A DNA stretch of 64,000 bases from Tubiluchus corallicola. Its lineage: Eukaryota > Animalia > Priapulida. The notes below the pieces were generated by a model. The model was not told the origin of the DNA, did not search any database, and was given only the letters and a program-made list of their open reading frames with translations. The stretch covers positions 876,660 through 940,659 of the forward strand of contig JAQGDQ010002366.1 in NCBI GenBank assembly GCA_030141605.1, given 5' to 3'. Positions 50,184 to 60,949 of the stretch are shown here, in pieces. The translations under genes and the position numbers were made by a program. Each line of letters opens with the position of its first letter. Positions within the stretch are counted from its first letter, which is position 1.

Positions 50184-53100
50184 GTGAGTACATTGCCAGC
50201 CATTGAAGTATTAGAGCATTTATCAATGTGTTTTATTTACAGAATACATTGTTCTTGGCAAGTGGTATGTTTATGGCTAATAAGCCTTTTCACAGTTTCA
50301 GCAATTGATGATGATAGTGAAAAGGTCAAAGGTTAAATGAACCAGACAACACATTTGTGTACACTTGAGAATGCCTCACGGCCCCATACTATTGTAATAG
50401 TAACAGTTTTAACAGCTAGCTAGACCCTAGCCTAGTTCATTTTTTCTTGTTCCCAAGTAAGATCCTCTTAATAAATCACTCTACACATAGACTAATGCAT
50501 AGACCAAAGTCCACATAAAACTACTGAAGTTTATTGAACTTATATGGCATTTGGCTTTGCTTTACACATGTCATGTTATGGTTGTAGTTAAGACGCGTTG
50601 CTTGGGTTCACTTAGTCTTTGACCTACAGCAACTGCACGTGCACACAACGAAACTGTTAAAAGGTTTATTTATTTAATGTTTAATTTTCATATTAGAGTT
50701 GGATGTAGATCTTCAAAATTTACATCTATAGATTCAATACTTAAGTGTCAGAATTTAGAAAGTTGGTGGTTAAAGAGTCAATAAGTTCTTGTGGAGCCAC
50801 ATTTTATTTTTATTTTGTTTTTGTGACATTTAACGGATTCTTATAAATGATTGTTTGTTCAACAATTTTATTTAGTTTCGTTGACAACAAACAATCATTA
50901 TAGACTAATGTTTCTTTTAAAGGATTTTTGTTGACAAGCCTCTTCAGAATGAGTGCTTACAGGTTGTATTAAGACAACTATATTAGGATCTGATATAAAG
51001 ATTAGTCAAGTGCCAATATTGTAAATGCAAGCTGATAATGCACAAAGATTTTTGCCGCTTTGATTGAGAAAACGTCGTTTGAGGCTCATAACTACTGTCC
51101 AGCCCGATGCGATGCATGGGAGTTCATTTTCTATCAGAGTTACTTTCATCAACTTTAATGATACAATCCCTGGCACCAACTCAATTTGCATTTACTTCTT
51201 GGTTACCTCCATTTCTGTATTGCTGCTTTAGTTTAAACATAGCTTTATTGATTAACAAAGAATTACAATATGGCTTGACTAGACAGTTTTACAACTGATA
51301 GACATTGTTGCTAATAGGACGTAACACTTAGAAGAGTGCAGATAATAAATGAAGAGTAGAAGCTTTATAGTATGAGTACTTACAGTATAGATCAAAGCTA
51401 TACATTGTTGCTTTGAACCTAGACAATGTTGATATTGGCACTTAATTTCTCCATATACTTCCTGTGAAATCAGTTTGGCGATTTCAAAACTAATCTGTTA
51501 TGATGCACTTAACAGAATAAAAAACTGCCAGCAACTTTTAGCTGGTTAGTTGTGGGAGAGAGAATATTATAAGTTGTCAAAGCGTCACAATAACATATTA
51601 AAATGTTGTCAAACTTGTCAAGTTAGATGCACAAGCTGCTGAAATTTGAAATCTTAATGATTTTGCCTACCATCTGAAAGTCACCCTGAAAAAGAGGTCT
51701 TTGTAAGATGCAGAGTTATACAGCTTTCTTGAAGTCTGTCAGTACACTTTATAAGCTTGTCCATAATACATGGTTACTTTCTGCTTTCTCTCGCAACTGC
51801 TTCTCTTGAAGCGTTTTTCTATTGGATACAACGATTCCCAACCTTTAAGTTTATTAATTGGTTATTACATTTTTTTTGTAATGCAGTGTTAATGACATCA
51901 ACATATTTTAAATAAGAAATGGGGAGTAAAAAGTGTTTGTCATAATGGCATTATTTAAATAGCTTAGGCTTACAGACAGTATACGATTGTACACTTATGA
52001 TAATGGTTTAATTAGGCTTTGTTACAATGTTTAATGTTGCATGGCTGTCGCATCTTTTTCCCCCATCTTGACAATTTCACACTGACACTCATTACATAAA
52101 TATACTATGAATATCATTAGCTATAAGCATCATTTCAGAGATGGTACATTTGTGATCAGTGCTCCTTGCCGTGTTTAAGTTTAAGTTTAAGTTTATTTAT
52201 TTTTGCACACTGTAAAATTCATATAAATATTTACTCGAATGCTGTACAGAAAAAAATGCATAAAGCCAAAACTAAAATGACGTTTTAAAACAGTCAAACA
52301 ATACAAGATTTCACAAAAAAATTAGTAAAATTAAAATTAAAATATAGAATAAAAAATTCTATTATAAAATGATTTATGAAGCTGTTGGGAAAAACAGTTC
52401 ACTCTACACAAGATTGCATTTTGAAATATAAGAATCACAGTAAAAGCACATATTTCAGTCACAATAAGAAGAATAAAATTCAGTTTGGTTATAGTCTCCA
52501 AAAGGTATTCAGTTGTACCCTTGCATGAATAAATGCATCTTTAAAATGTGTCTAAACTTTTCAAAGTTTTCACAAACATAATTGTGTAATTACTGGATTG
52601 GCTGTAAATTGCACTTGACATGGTTACAAGTTCTACGAAAGAGTGATTTATCATTCCATGTTAACTGCAAAATAATGTCCATCAGTTTTCATTTTCAAAT
52701 ATAATTTTGACAGAGATGTGAACTGTCATCTTATTTAATAATCTTAGCCATATTCTGTCATCCCACTCTATCCACACACATACACATAATGCTTTCATGG
52801 TACATTGCTCATTTACTCATTTTCTTCCATAAACAACAATTACCCCGCTATTAAGTTCATATATTATGCACTTAATTGGGCAGGTAGCTGACGAGCAGGT
52901 AACAGGTGTTGCTTGTGGGTGGGAGCAGAGCTTAACAAAGCAAGCATCAGAAATTATTTAGTGGGATGATGTTCTGGCTCTAGTGTGGAGCTCTTTCTCT
53001 ACCTGTGTCATTTATTGCGTGGACAGTGGTGTATGTGTATGAGAAATGGCTTGGCTTCAGCAGATTTCTAGTTTCTTGTTAAACAGTGTATCTAATGCCA

Positions 53101-54215
53101 CTGCTGATGTTGTGGAAGAAGTTGTGGCAGAAAACGTTACAAGCTTGTATGAGCAAGACCAGGGTAATGCTTGTTTATGCCTAGAAATAAAGGTTTAATG
53201 AAGACCAGAATCAGTGAATGAAGTAGGATAATGAAGTGAAGGAAAAAGCAAGGAAGAAAGAGGAGAAAAACAGGACAAACAAGAGAGAGAGAGAGAGAGA
53301 GAGAAGGAAAAGTATAGAGAAAAGAGACAGAAGAATAAAAAGACTGGGATAGCAAAAAGAGAATGGCTGTTTTAGAATAATATATTTAAAAGAAATTACA
53401 TCATTTACCTTTGGATGAGTTATTGTTATATGATAATAACTTCAAAGAAGTGATATTGAAAAATCCTTCCAACTTCATTCACCAGTACATTTCGGTTATT
53501 GATTAACCCGAGAAATTGAAAAACGCATTGCCAAAAGCTCCTCAACAAAAGTAGCATCTGCATTAGAAATTTTATGCTTCTTGATCATTCTCAGTAGGCA
53601 TGCAGAATGCAGCCTGACGGTTTCATTGAATTAGTTCTATGTTAGCTTCGTGTCAAACCGGAATTATAATATTTAATGAATAATACATGAAAAATAACGT
53701 ATCAGCCCCTAGGAATCAACATGTTTATTGAGCGTATACTATTGTTTCGAATATCATGGCCATTTTCAGTACTATAAATCGAGCCAAAAAAGGAATAATT
53801 AGTATATCGACAATACTAATATATAAAAGTTCAAAATGACATTACAAATTCACTAGATTGGAATTTAAATTGTCAAAATAAACTTGGATGTAAATAGAAG
53901 AAATTGTAATAAAAATATAAAAAATGTTTGTCTTATATATGAGATTCAAAAAAGATCATAACACGGTAATGTTAATTCGTAATGACATTTTGTGCCTTTA
54001 TATTTTAGTATCCTACTAAAATCTGTCGTTGTACTAATTATTTCTTTTTTGGTTTTATTTATAGTATTGAAAATGGCCATTATAGCTGAAACGATCATCT
54101 ACGCTCAATAAACATGTTAATGATTAATAGATTTCTACTAGGTGTGTTCATCTAGAAGCCAACTGTTAATTACATAACCATTAATCGTTAAATAATTATC
54201 ATATCATTGTTTTAG

Positions 54216-54394
54216 GTTACAGAGGCTGGGACTGCACTGATTCTAGTCACGCTTTAACAGACGGTCAGCTCATAGCTAATACGTTACTACTTACATTGAG
54301 TAATTTGTTTTTCATACCAGCTGTGATACTAGCCATCTACAGGAAGTACTACACTGAAGCACTGGTTTACTTTGTCACCATGTTTTTCTCAACG
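54216..54394 (+). CDS. TMEM8: TMEM8/PGAP6-family exon (GYRGWDCTD...[14 protein letters not shown]...TMFFST)
   Basis: gttttag| and acg|gtaaga; LLTLSN and TMFFST are signature TMEM8 TM1-TM2 motifs. Confidence 0.95.
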
Positions 54395-55733
54395 GTAAGA
54401 ACTAAGAATTTCATAATGCATGAAACATTCATAATACATTCATGTATTTCTCGAAGTTTCTGTAATAATACTAATTAGATTGACATAGTATTTTAGTTCA
54501 ATTTAAGAATTGTATTATAGTTTACTATAATTACTATATATTATATGTATAGAGTTTCCTTTTTTGTTACTTGGAAATTCATACTTATTTTTAATTTGAC
54601 AAAAGAAATGTTAGTTCAGTAGTTTTGTTTGTTTGTTTTTCATTCTATATTTATAGCTCGCAGTCTATATGTAATCATTATAAAAATGATTATGTCGACA
54701 TTATAGTACTTATAGTATGTCTTAAACGCCCTTGCATTTTTGTTAAACTTTGCGACAACGTAAATCACTTTTAAGAGCACATTGTCATAGTTAGACTAAT
54801 TCCTCTATTGTACATACTGTTTTATTATGATGATTTATGTGTCAAGTAATGTTTAAAGCACAAGAAAACACTCTTCGTAGATAAAGTTTTAAAAAATTCG
54901 CTTTGAAATTTTATATTACTTACATGCTGCCTTACTGCATAAACAGCTTGCATTAGCAGTAACACGTATAAAACTTGTGTATTTAAACTCCCACAGTGAC
55001 CTTTAAGCGTAGTCATTTGATGGTAAGTCATTTGGAATAAGTTCAGATAATATTGCGTAAAGTTTTAAAAAATAATCGGAGCATTCGTAGCACATTCTTC
55101 ACTAACTAAGAAAAGGTTTTATAACTTAACTTTAATATAATTACTTTATATTTTTAATAAGATCAATAATGTGTTTTTTGCTGAGTGAGAATTATTAAGA
55201 ATTTTCTTTTCTAATTATGTAAGTCTTTCAAATAGGTAAGCATCATGCAAAGTAATATAACTTTGTGTGGGAAGTTTTTTGGGACATACTTTAAAATAAC
55301 CTTTTTCCCCGTTAACTAATATTATATAAGTAAATAAATGCAGTTCACGTCAATGCTAGTATAGTTTTTCACTTTCTCTTCCCAACCGACAATGCATCAA
55401 AAATTTAGCTGTTTGTTAAAATTGATTTTTTTAACAATTGTTATGTTTTGGGTTACGTAAAAGCAGGACATTGTGGTTTGTTCAAAAAACATTATTGACT
55501 GAAGTTTCTATAATAAACTTTAAATTCACATTATAATTCATGTTAATAAACTAAAACGTCCTGTTTTTATGCGAGCTGTTAACCAGCAATAAATACCAGA
55601 TTTTTTCAGCAGGTTATGTTTTTTATATAATTGTACAAAGTTACAGTAAATGCTTAAATGCACTATGACTAACTAATTTAATAATTAATATCTGACCTTC
55701 TTTAAACTTAGATGATTTATGTCTGTTTTTCAG

Positions 55734-55994
55734 TTCTACCATGCTTGTGACGAAGATGTGTATTACTACTGCCTCATGCGATACACTGTCTTACAGTTCT
55801 GTGATTTCTATGCTTCAATCATGTCATTCTGGGTAACTCTAATTGCCATGGCCAAACTCAACTGGACATTGCGGTCACTTTGTCACATGTTAGCGGCTAT
55901 ATGCATTGCCCTAGGTGTAGCGTATGACCGCACAGGTCTGTGGGTGTTTGTGGTACCGGCTGGTGCTGGATTAGGAATTATGTTGACATCGTGG
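55734..55994 (+). CDS. TMEM8: TMEM8/PGAP6-family exon (FYHACD...LQFCDF...SFWVT)
   Basis: tttttcag| and tgg|gtaagt; 261 nt; CREST SxxxH motif (ST-FYH) and conserved Asp. Confidence 0.95.
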
Positions 55995-56339
55995 GTAAGT
56001 AAAACTGATTTTGCAGGATCAAATGTCATAGAATCATAAGACCGGTGACATAAAGTCACTTTTTATCTTTGTTTAAAAATATGTGAATTAATCTCACCAT
56101 TTTTTGTAATAACAGTTATTGATTCTCTCAGTAGCTATTCATTTTATTTATAAATGAAAAATAGTTTTCTTTCTCATGTTTTGAGAAATTCACAGTCATT
56201 ACACCTGCTTTTATAAAATGGTTTATTGCTTCAATAGCTTCAGTTGTACTTGTTGTCTAGTTGTATTTTAATCACCATTTTAAGCAGGTGTTATTTCATT
56301 GTGACGTAGGTGTCCATTGGTCTGCACATAGGTTAGTTA

Positions 56340-59020
56340 GGTCTTGTCTAGCCATCACTCGGCATTCAGGTTACTTAGGCTTTGTCCAGCCATCAGTCTG
56401 TAGTTAGATCAGTTAGGCCTTGTTCAACTGTCAGTCGGCAGCTAGATCAGTTAGACCTTGTCCACTCAGCAGTCAGGGTTCTTAGGCTTTGTCCAGCCAT
56501 CAGTCGGCAGTTAGATCAGTTAGGCCTTGTCCAGCTATCAGTCGGCAGTTAGATCAGTTAGGCCTTGTTCAACAATCAGTCGGTAGCTAGATCAGTTAGG
56601 CTTTGTCCAGCCATCAGTCGGCAATTAGTTCAGTTAGGCCATGTCCACCCACCACTCGGCATTCAGGTTACTTAGGCTTTGTCCAATCATCAATCTGCAG
56701 TTAGATCAGTTAGGCCTTGTTCAACAATCATTCGGCAGGTAGATCAGTTAGGCCTTGCCCAGCCATCAGTCAGCAGTTAGATCAGTTAGGCCTTGTTCAA
56801 CAATCAGTCGGCAGCTAGATCAGTTAGGCTTTGTCCAGCCATCAGTCGGCAGTTAGTTCAGTTAGGCCATGTCCACCCACCACTCGGCATTCAGGTTACT
56901 TAGGCTTTGTCCAATCATCAATCTGCAGTTAGATCAGTTAGGCCTTGTTCAACAATCATTCGGCAGGTAGATCAGTTAGGCCTTGCCCAGCCATCAGTCA
57001 GCAGTTAGATCAGTTAGGCCTTGTTCAACAATCAGTCGGTAGCTAGATCAGTTAGGCCTTGTGCAGCCGTCAGTCGGCAGCTAGGTCAGTTAGGCTTCGT
57101 CCAGCTATCAGTCGGCAGCTAGATCACTTAGGCCTTGTTCAACAATCAGTCAGCAGCTAGGTCAGTTAGGCTTTGTCCAGCCATCACTCAGCAGTTAGAT
57201 CAGTTAGGCTTTGTCCAGCCATCAGTCGGCAGTTAGATCAGTTAGGCCTTGTTCAACAATCTGTCAGCAGCTAGGTCAGTTAGGCTTTGTCCAGCCATCA
57301 CTCAGCAGTTAGATCAGTTAGGCTTTGTCCAGCTATCAGTCGGCAGTTAGATCAGTTAGGCCTTGTTCAACAATCTGTCAGCAGCTAGATCAGTTAGGCT
57401 TTGTCCAGTCGGCAGCTAGATCAGTTAAGCCTTGTCCAACCATCACTCAGCAGTTAGATCAGTTAGGCTTTGTCCAGCCATCAGTCGGCAGCTAGATCAG
57501 TTGGCCTTGTCCAGCCCAGTCAGCAGTTAGATCAGTTAGGCCTTGTTCAACAATCTGTCAGCAGCTAGATCAGTTAGGCTTTGTCCAGTCATCAGTCGGC
57601 AGCTAGATCAGTTAGGCCTTGTCCAGCCATCAGTCGGCAGCTAGATCAGTTAGGCCTTGTCCAGCCATCAGTCGGCAGTTAGATCAGTTAGGCCTTGTCC
57701 AGCCATCAGTCGGCAGTTAGATCAGTTAGGCCTTGTCCAGCCATCAGTCAGCAGTTAGATCAGTTAGGCCTTGTTCAACAATCAGTCGGTAGCTAGATCA
57801 GTTAGGCTTTGTCCAGCCATCAGTCGACAATTAGTTCAGTTAGGCCATGTCCACCCACCACTCGGCATTCAGGTTACTTAGGCTTTGTCCAATCATCAAT
57901 CTGCAGTTAGATCAGTTAGGCCTTGTTCAACACTCATTCGGCAGGTAGATCAGTTAGGCCTTGCCCAGCCATCAGTCAGCAGTTAGATCAGTTAGGCCTT
58001 GTTCAACAATCAGTCGGCAGCTAGATCAGTTAGGCTTTGTCCAGCCATCAGTCGGCAGTTAGTTCAGTTAGGCCATGTCCACCCACCACTCGGCATTCAG
58101 GTTACTTAGGCTTTGTCCAATCATCAATCTGCAGTTAGATCAGTTAGGCCTTGTTCAACAATCATTCGGCAGGTAGATCAGTTAGGCCTTGCCCAGCCAT
58201 CAGTCAGCAGTTAGATCAGTTAGGCCTTGTTCAACAATCAGTCGGTAGCTAGATCAGTTAGGCCTTGTGCAGCCGTCAGTCGGCAGCTAGGTCAGTTAGG
58301 CTTTGTCCAGCTATCAGTCGGCAGCTAGATCACTTAGGCCTTGTTCAACAATCAGTCAGCAGCTAGGTCAGTTAGGCTTTGTCCAGCCATCACTCAGCAG
58401 TTAGATCAGTTAGGCTTTGTCCAGCCATCAGTCGGCAGTTAGATCAGTTAGGCCTTGTTCAACAATCTGTCAGCAGCTAGGTCAGTTAGGCTTTGTCCAG
58501 CCATCACTCAGCAGTTAGATCAGTTAGGCTTTGTCCAGCTATCAGTCGGCAGTTAGATCAGTTAGGCCTTGTTCAACAATCTGTCAGCAGCTAGATCAGT
58601 TAGGCTTTGTCCAGTCGGCAGCTAGATCAGTTAAGCCTTGTCCAACCATCACTCAGCAGTTAGATCAGTTAGGCTTTGTCCAGCCATCAGTCGGCAGCTA
58701 GATCAGTTGGCCTTGTCCAGTCAGCAGTTAGATCAGTTAGGCCTTGTTCAACAATCTGTCAGCAGCTAGATCAGTTAGGCTTTGTCCAGCCATCAGTCGG
58801 CAGCTAGATCAGTTAGGCCTTGTCCAGCCATCAGTCGGCAGCTAGATCAGTTAGGCCTTGTCCAGCCATCAGTCGGCAGTTAGGTCAGTTAGGCTTTGTC
58901 CAGCCATCAGTCGGCAGTTAGATCAGTTAGGCCTTGTCCAGCCATCAGTCAGCAGTTAGGTCAGTTAGGCTTTGTCCAGCCATCAGTCGGCAGTTAGATC
59001 AGTTAGGCCTTTTCCAGCTA
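56340..59020 (+). repeat. 38-bp intronic satellite, about 70 copies, with higher-order structure
   Basis: Unit agttagatcagttaggccttgtccagccatcagtcggc (period 38, e.g. 57661 and 57699); a diagnostic variant recurs at 56641, 56869, 57847 and 58075. Confidence 0.97.
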
Positions 59021-59998
59021 GTCATTTATTATCATAGTGACTAGGGTGTCACTTAAGTGCAGTGAATCGCACTTGTCTACAAGTTAGACCATAATGTTCT
59101 CCTAATGGATAATTACGTTAGTCATTCTCGTCAATCATGCACCAGAAAAACCATCTGGAAAGTTCCCTAATTCTTATTATAGGCACTTATGCAGCTAATG
59201 AAATGAGAGAAATTCTTTACTTTATTAGACAAAGTTAGACATTATATAGGGCAAAACCCATTTTTTAAAAAAATAACGATCTTGACATTAACTATACTAA
59301 ATGAATTGACAATTGAAATCATCATCCCTGGCTTAGAAGGACTTCACTTGAAATAGAACTTCACTTGACTTCACTTGACTATCAGCTAAGACTGGCTTGT
59401 CACTTTTAATGCACAAAGTTTTGACAAAGCTTTTGTTGTCTTCTTACCATCACAATAAGTACTTGCTTACTTTAAATATGAGTCTATTATCTCTTTCTTG
59501 AACTGCTTCTATCCATTGTTTGATTTTGCCTTGTGTTTTGATCCTAGATGGCAGAAGTATTTTTCAAAAGTAAGAACACACTGAAGGAAGTTAGGCAATG
59601 TATCGTGCTCAAAAACGTCTAATAGTCAGGTCTGATTTGGGTCAAGCCTCAATCAAAGTCAAGTGTTACATTAAACTTCTTTTTTATATGCTACTTTAGT
59701 GGAAGGTGCTCTAAGAATCTCTCATCATTTTTGCGATGCATATGACCATTCATCCCCACAAATGACAAATTATTAAAAATCTTTGTTACTTTGCAAGAAA
59801 CAATATTTCTTTTTTAACTGCGGGCTTTGAATATGTAAAGTAGATTCTGCATCTGTATGTATGTGGCATATGTATATGTATTATACTGAACACTGAAGAG
59901 CCTGAGTAATTACAGTAAATATATATATATATATACTCCTCTTATTGGCTACACAATTTACTAAGATTTTTCATCAGTATATTGTGATGTTTTTACAG

Positions 59999-60289
59999 GG
60001 ATTCAAGTGCTATAGGCAAAAGGCGTGCTATCCTAACCGATGTCAGTATTTGTTACTTCTACCCGGTGTGGCACTAGCTGGTACTGGACTAATCATCTTC
60101 GCTTTTGTGGAGACTGAGAATAACTATCAGTATGTTCATAGCGCTTGGCACATTCTCATGGCCACCTGCATTCTCTTCATGCTTCCTGAGAACGATAAAA
60201 AGACGGTTGCTAGCAATCAATCGTCTGCCGAGGAGTTGACCGCCGACATCTCCAATACGGACATGGCTAGTTTACTAGAGGATAAATGA
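59999..60289 (+). CDS. TMEM8: TMEM8/PGAP6-family terminal coding exon (…ETENNYQYVHSAWH…DMASLLEDK*)
   Basis: ttttacag| phase 0; HSxWH CREST metal-binding motif; TGA at 60287-89. Confidence 0.95.
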   Translation, partial: GFKCYRQKACYPNRCQYLLLLPGVALAGTGLIIFAFVETENNYQYVHSAWHILMATCILFMLPENDKKTVASNQSSAEELTADISNTDMASLLEDK

Positions 60290-60460
60290 CAATTAGTTGA
60301 ATATAGGCCCCTTAGACATAGTCACAGTTCAGCGCTGACAATGGTTGCTGGTACAAGTCAATCAGACATGGCTGATACGAACCGAAACAGTGCTGACACT
60401 GATGTTGTAAGCTTGACCATTTCTCTTCCCATTGACAATAATGTAGTGGGAGAGTCTTAG
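60290..60460 (+). CDS. Candidate 56-aa stop-codon readthrough extension of TMEM8
   Basis: TGA CAA TTA context; in-frame open to TAG at 60458-60; about 43% GC by hand count (73/168) against an AT-rich UTR beyond. Confidence 0.6.
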   Translation, partial: QLVEYRPLRHSHSSALTMVAGTSQSDMADTNRNSADTDVVSLTISLPIDNNVVGES

Positions 60461-60783
60461 TCAGTAGTCAAGGCTATTTCAATAACCAGCTTAATACAAG
60501 AGGTAAGATCTTGTTTGGGGCCTATATTCACAATTAGGAATGTAAATTTAGGAAATAAATTCAATTATGTGAATAATCAGTCTGTAGTAAAGAATCAGTT
60601 GTAATAGCTGAGATATTTTTATCAGAGGTGTTATGCAATCATGTGTTTTTGCATATGCAATTTTACTATTGTTGTGGTGGCAGACTGGCTTACACAGTCA
60701 TGTGTTAATTAGCAATTTAAAAAAACATAAATTTTATCATTAATTCAAAAGTCAAGTAACAAGTTGAATGCTAGTGATTTTAA

Positions 60784-60949
60784 TGGTGCCTTTAGATGTA
60801 GCGACTTCTTTCGCAATCTCTCTGAGAGTAAAGTTGCAACATGTGAAAGATTTGGCAACTTGTTGCAACATGTGAACGGCTTGGCAACTTCTCACAGAGG
60901 GAAGTTGTGCAACAAGCTGCGAGAGAAGTCTCTACCTCTGAACACGCTA
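60784..60949. mobile_element. PIF/Harbinger-like MITE in the presumed TMEM8 3'UTR
   Basis: ~32-bp imperfect TIRs tggtgcctttagatgtagcgacttctttcgca / (rc) tagcgtgttcagaggtagagacttctctcgca; TAA at both ends; internal gttgcaacatgtgaa repeats. Confidence 0.7.

Noticed and set aside
52175-52780. L2/CR1-type LINE 3' end on the minus strand with (aaactt)n tail
   Set aside because: The tail is suggestive but I could not recover convincing RT C-terminal motifs, so it is not reported as a feature.
56340-59020. CRISPR-like array (repeat length 38 bp)
   Set aside because: Units are contiguous with no unique spacers, there are no cas genes, and the context is a eukaryotic intron. The same applies to the 31-bp and 46-bp arrays.
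60287-60289. UGA as selenocysteine
   Set aside because: It lies in a low-complexity tail rather than at a Cys/redox position, and I saw no convincing SECIS by eye. A SECISearch run on 60290-64000 would settle it.
54216-60289. Myomaker (TMEM8C) orthologue
   Set aside because: Myomaker is only the TM domain. This gene has the long luminal region, the EGF-like domain and an intact HSxWH motif, as in TMEM8A/PGAP6 and TMEM8B.
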